DNA of 60,735 bases, taken from IMG/VR virus record IMGVR_UViG_3300042384_000237, positions 1-60,735 of that record, one strand, 5' to 3'. The notes under the pieces were generated by a model, which was not told where the DNA came from, did no database searches, and saw nothing but the letters and a program-made list of their open reading frames with translations. Below, piece after piece: positions 60,619 through 60,735 of the stretch. Each line of letters begins with the position of its first letter. The stretch's first letter is position 1. Source of the stretch: a virus. Its lineage: Duplodnaviria > Caudoviricetes. A program made the translations under genes and the position numbers.

Positions 60619-60735
60619 GATACAGCATCCGCAATAGTGTCGATTGTTACATCAACAACTGTTTCTACGATATCGTGAGGTGCTAAAGGTACAGCTACCT
60701 CTACTACTGTTTCTACTGCATCTTTTAAATCGTCT
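60615..60735 (-). CDS. C-terminal part of an acidic Val-rich protein, truncated by the window edge
   Basis: Open frame ...DDLKDAVETVVEVAVPLAPHDIVETVVDVTIDTIADAVS*. Confidence 0.5.
   Translation of the reverse strand, partial: DDLKDAVETVVEVAVPLAPHDIVETVVDVTIDTIADAVS

Noticed and set aside
1-60735. Stop-codon reassignment, tRNA genes, CRISPR arrays, DGR/reverse transcriptase, integrase
   Set aside because: Core genes are intact in the standard code with all three stops used; no cloverleaf, repeat-spacer array, RT or recombinase motif was seen by eye

Overview
This is a 60.7-kb piece of an AT-rich, long-tailed (siphovirus-type) phage genome; no integrase, repressor, tRNA or CRISPR array is visible. 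Essentially all credible genes are on the - strand, so transcription runs right to left. The order is: lysozyme, portal, a 1545-aa MuF (SPP1 gp7-like) / T7-like RNA polymerase fusion, a small anti-defence cassette (Gp49/Acb4-like, 44-aa Cys-rich ORF, Tad2), scaffold, capsid, tail genes (lambda-type GGGAAAG frameshift, 4742-aa tape measure, S74 fibre, FN3/PPC adhesin) and holin. A non-coding GC-rich junction (about 24.2-24.6 kb) follows, then small early genes and a second T7-like RNA polymerase split at motif B by a 744-nt group I intron carrying an HNH endonuclease. A T7-like replication module (SSB, PolA, exonuclease, primase-helicase, nrdB/nrdA, ligase, kinase) and small accessory genes close the window. 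The most striking system is an apparent two-RNA-polymerase cascade, in which one polymerase is probably packaged through its MuF domain, with two distinct repeated intergenic motif families as candidate promoters. The RNA layer is unusually rich: a hammerhead ribozyme, three post-stop H-type pseudoknots, long G-U-containing hairpins and the intron. All family calls come from motif recognition by eye, and no database search was run.
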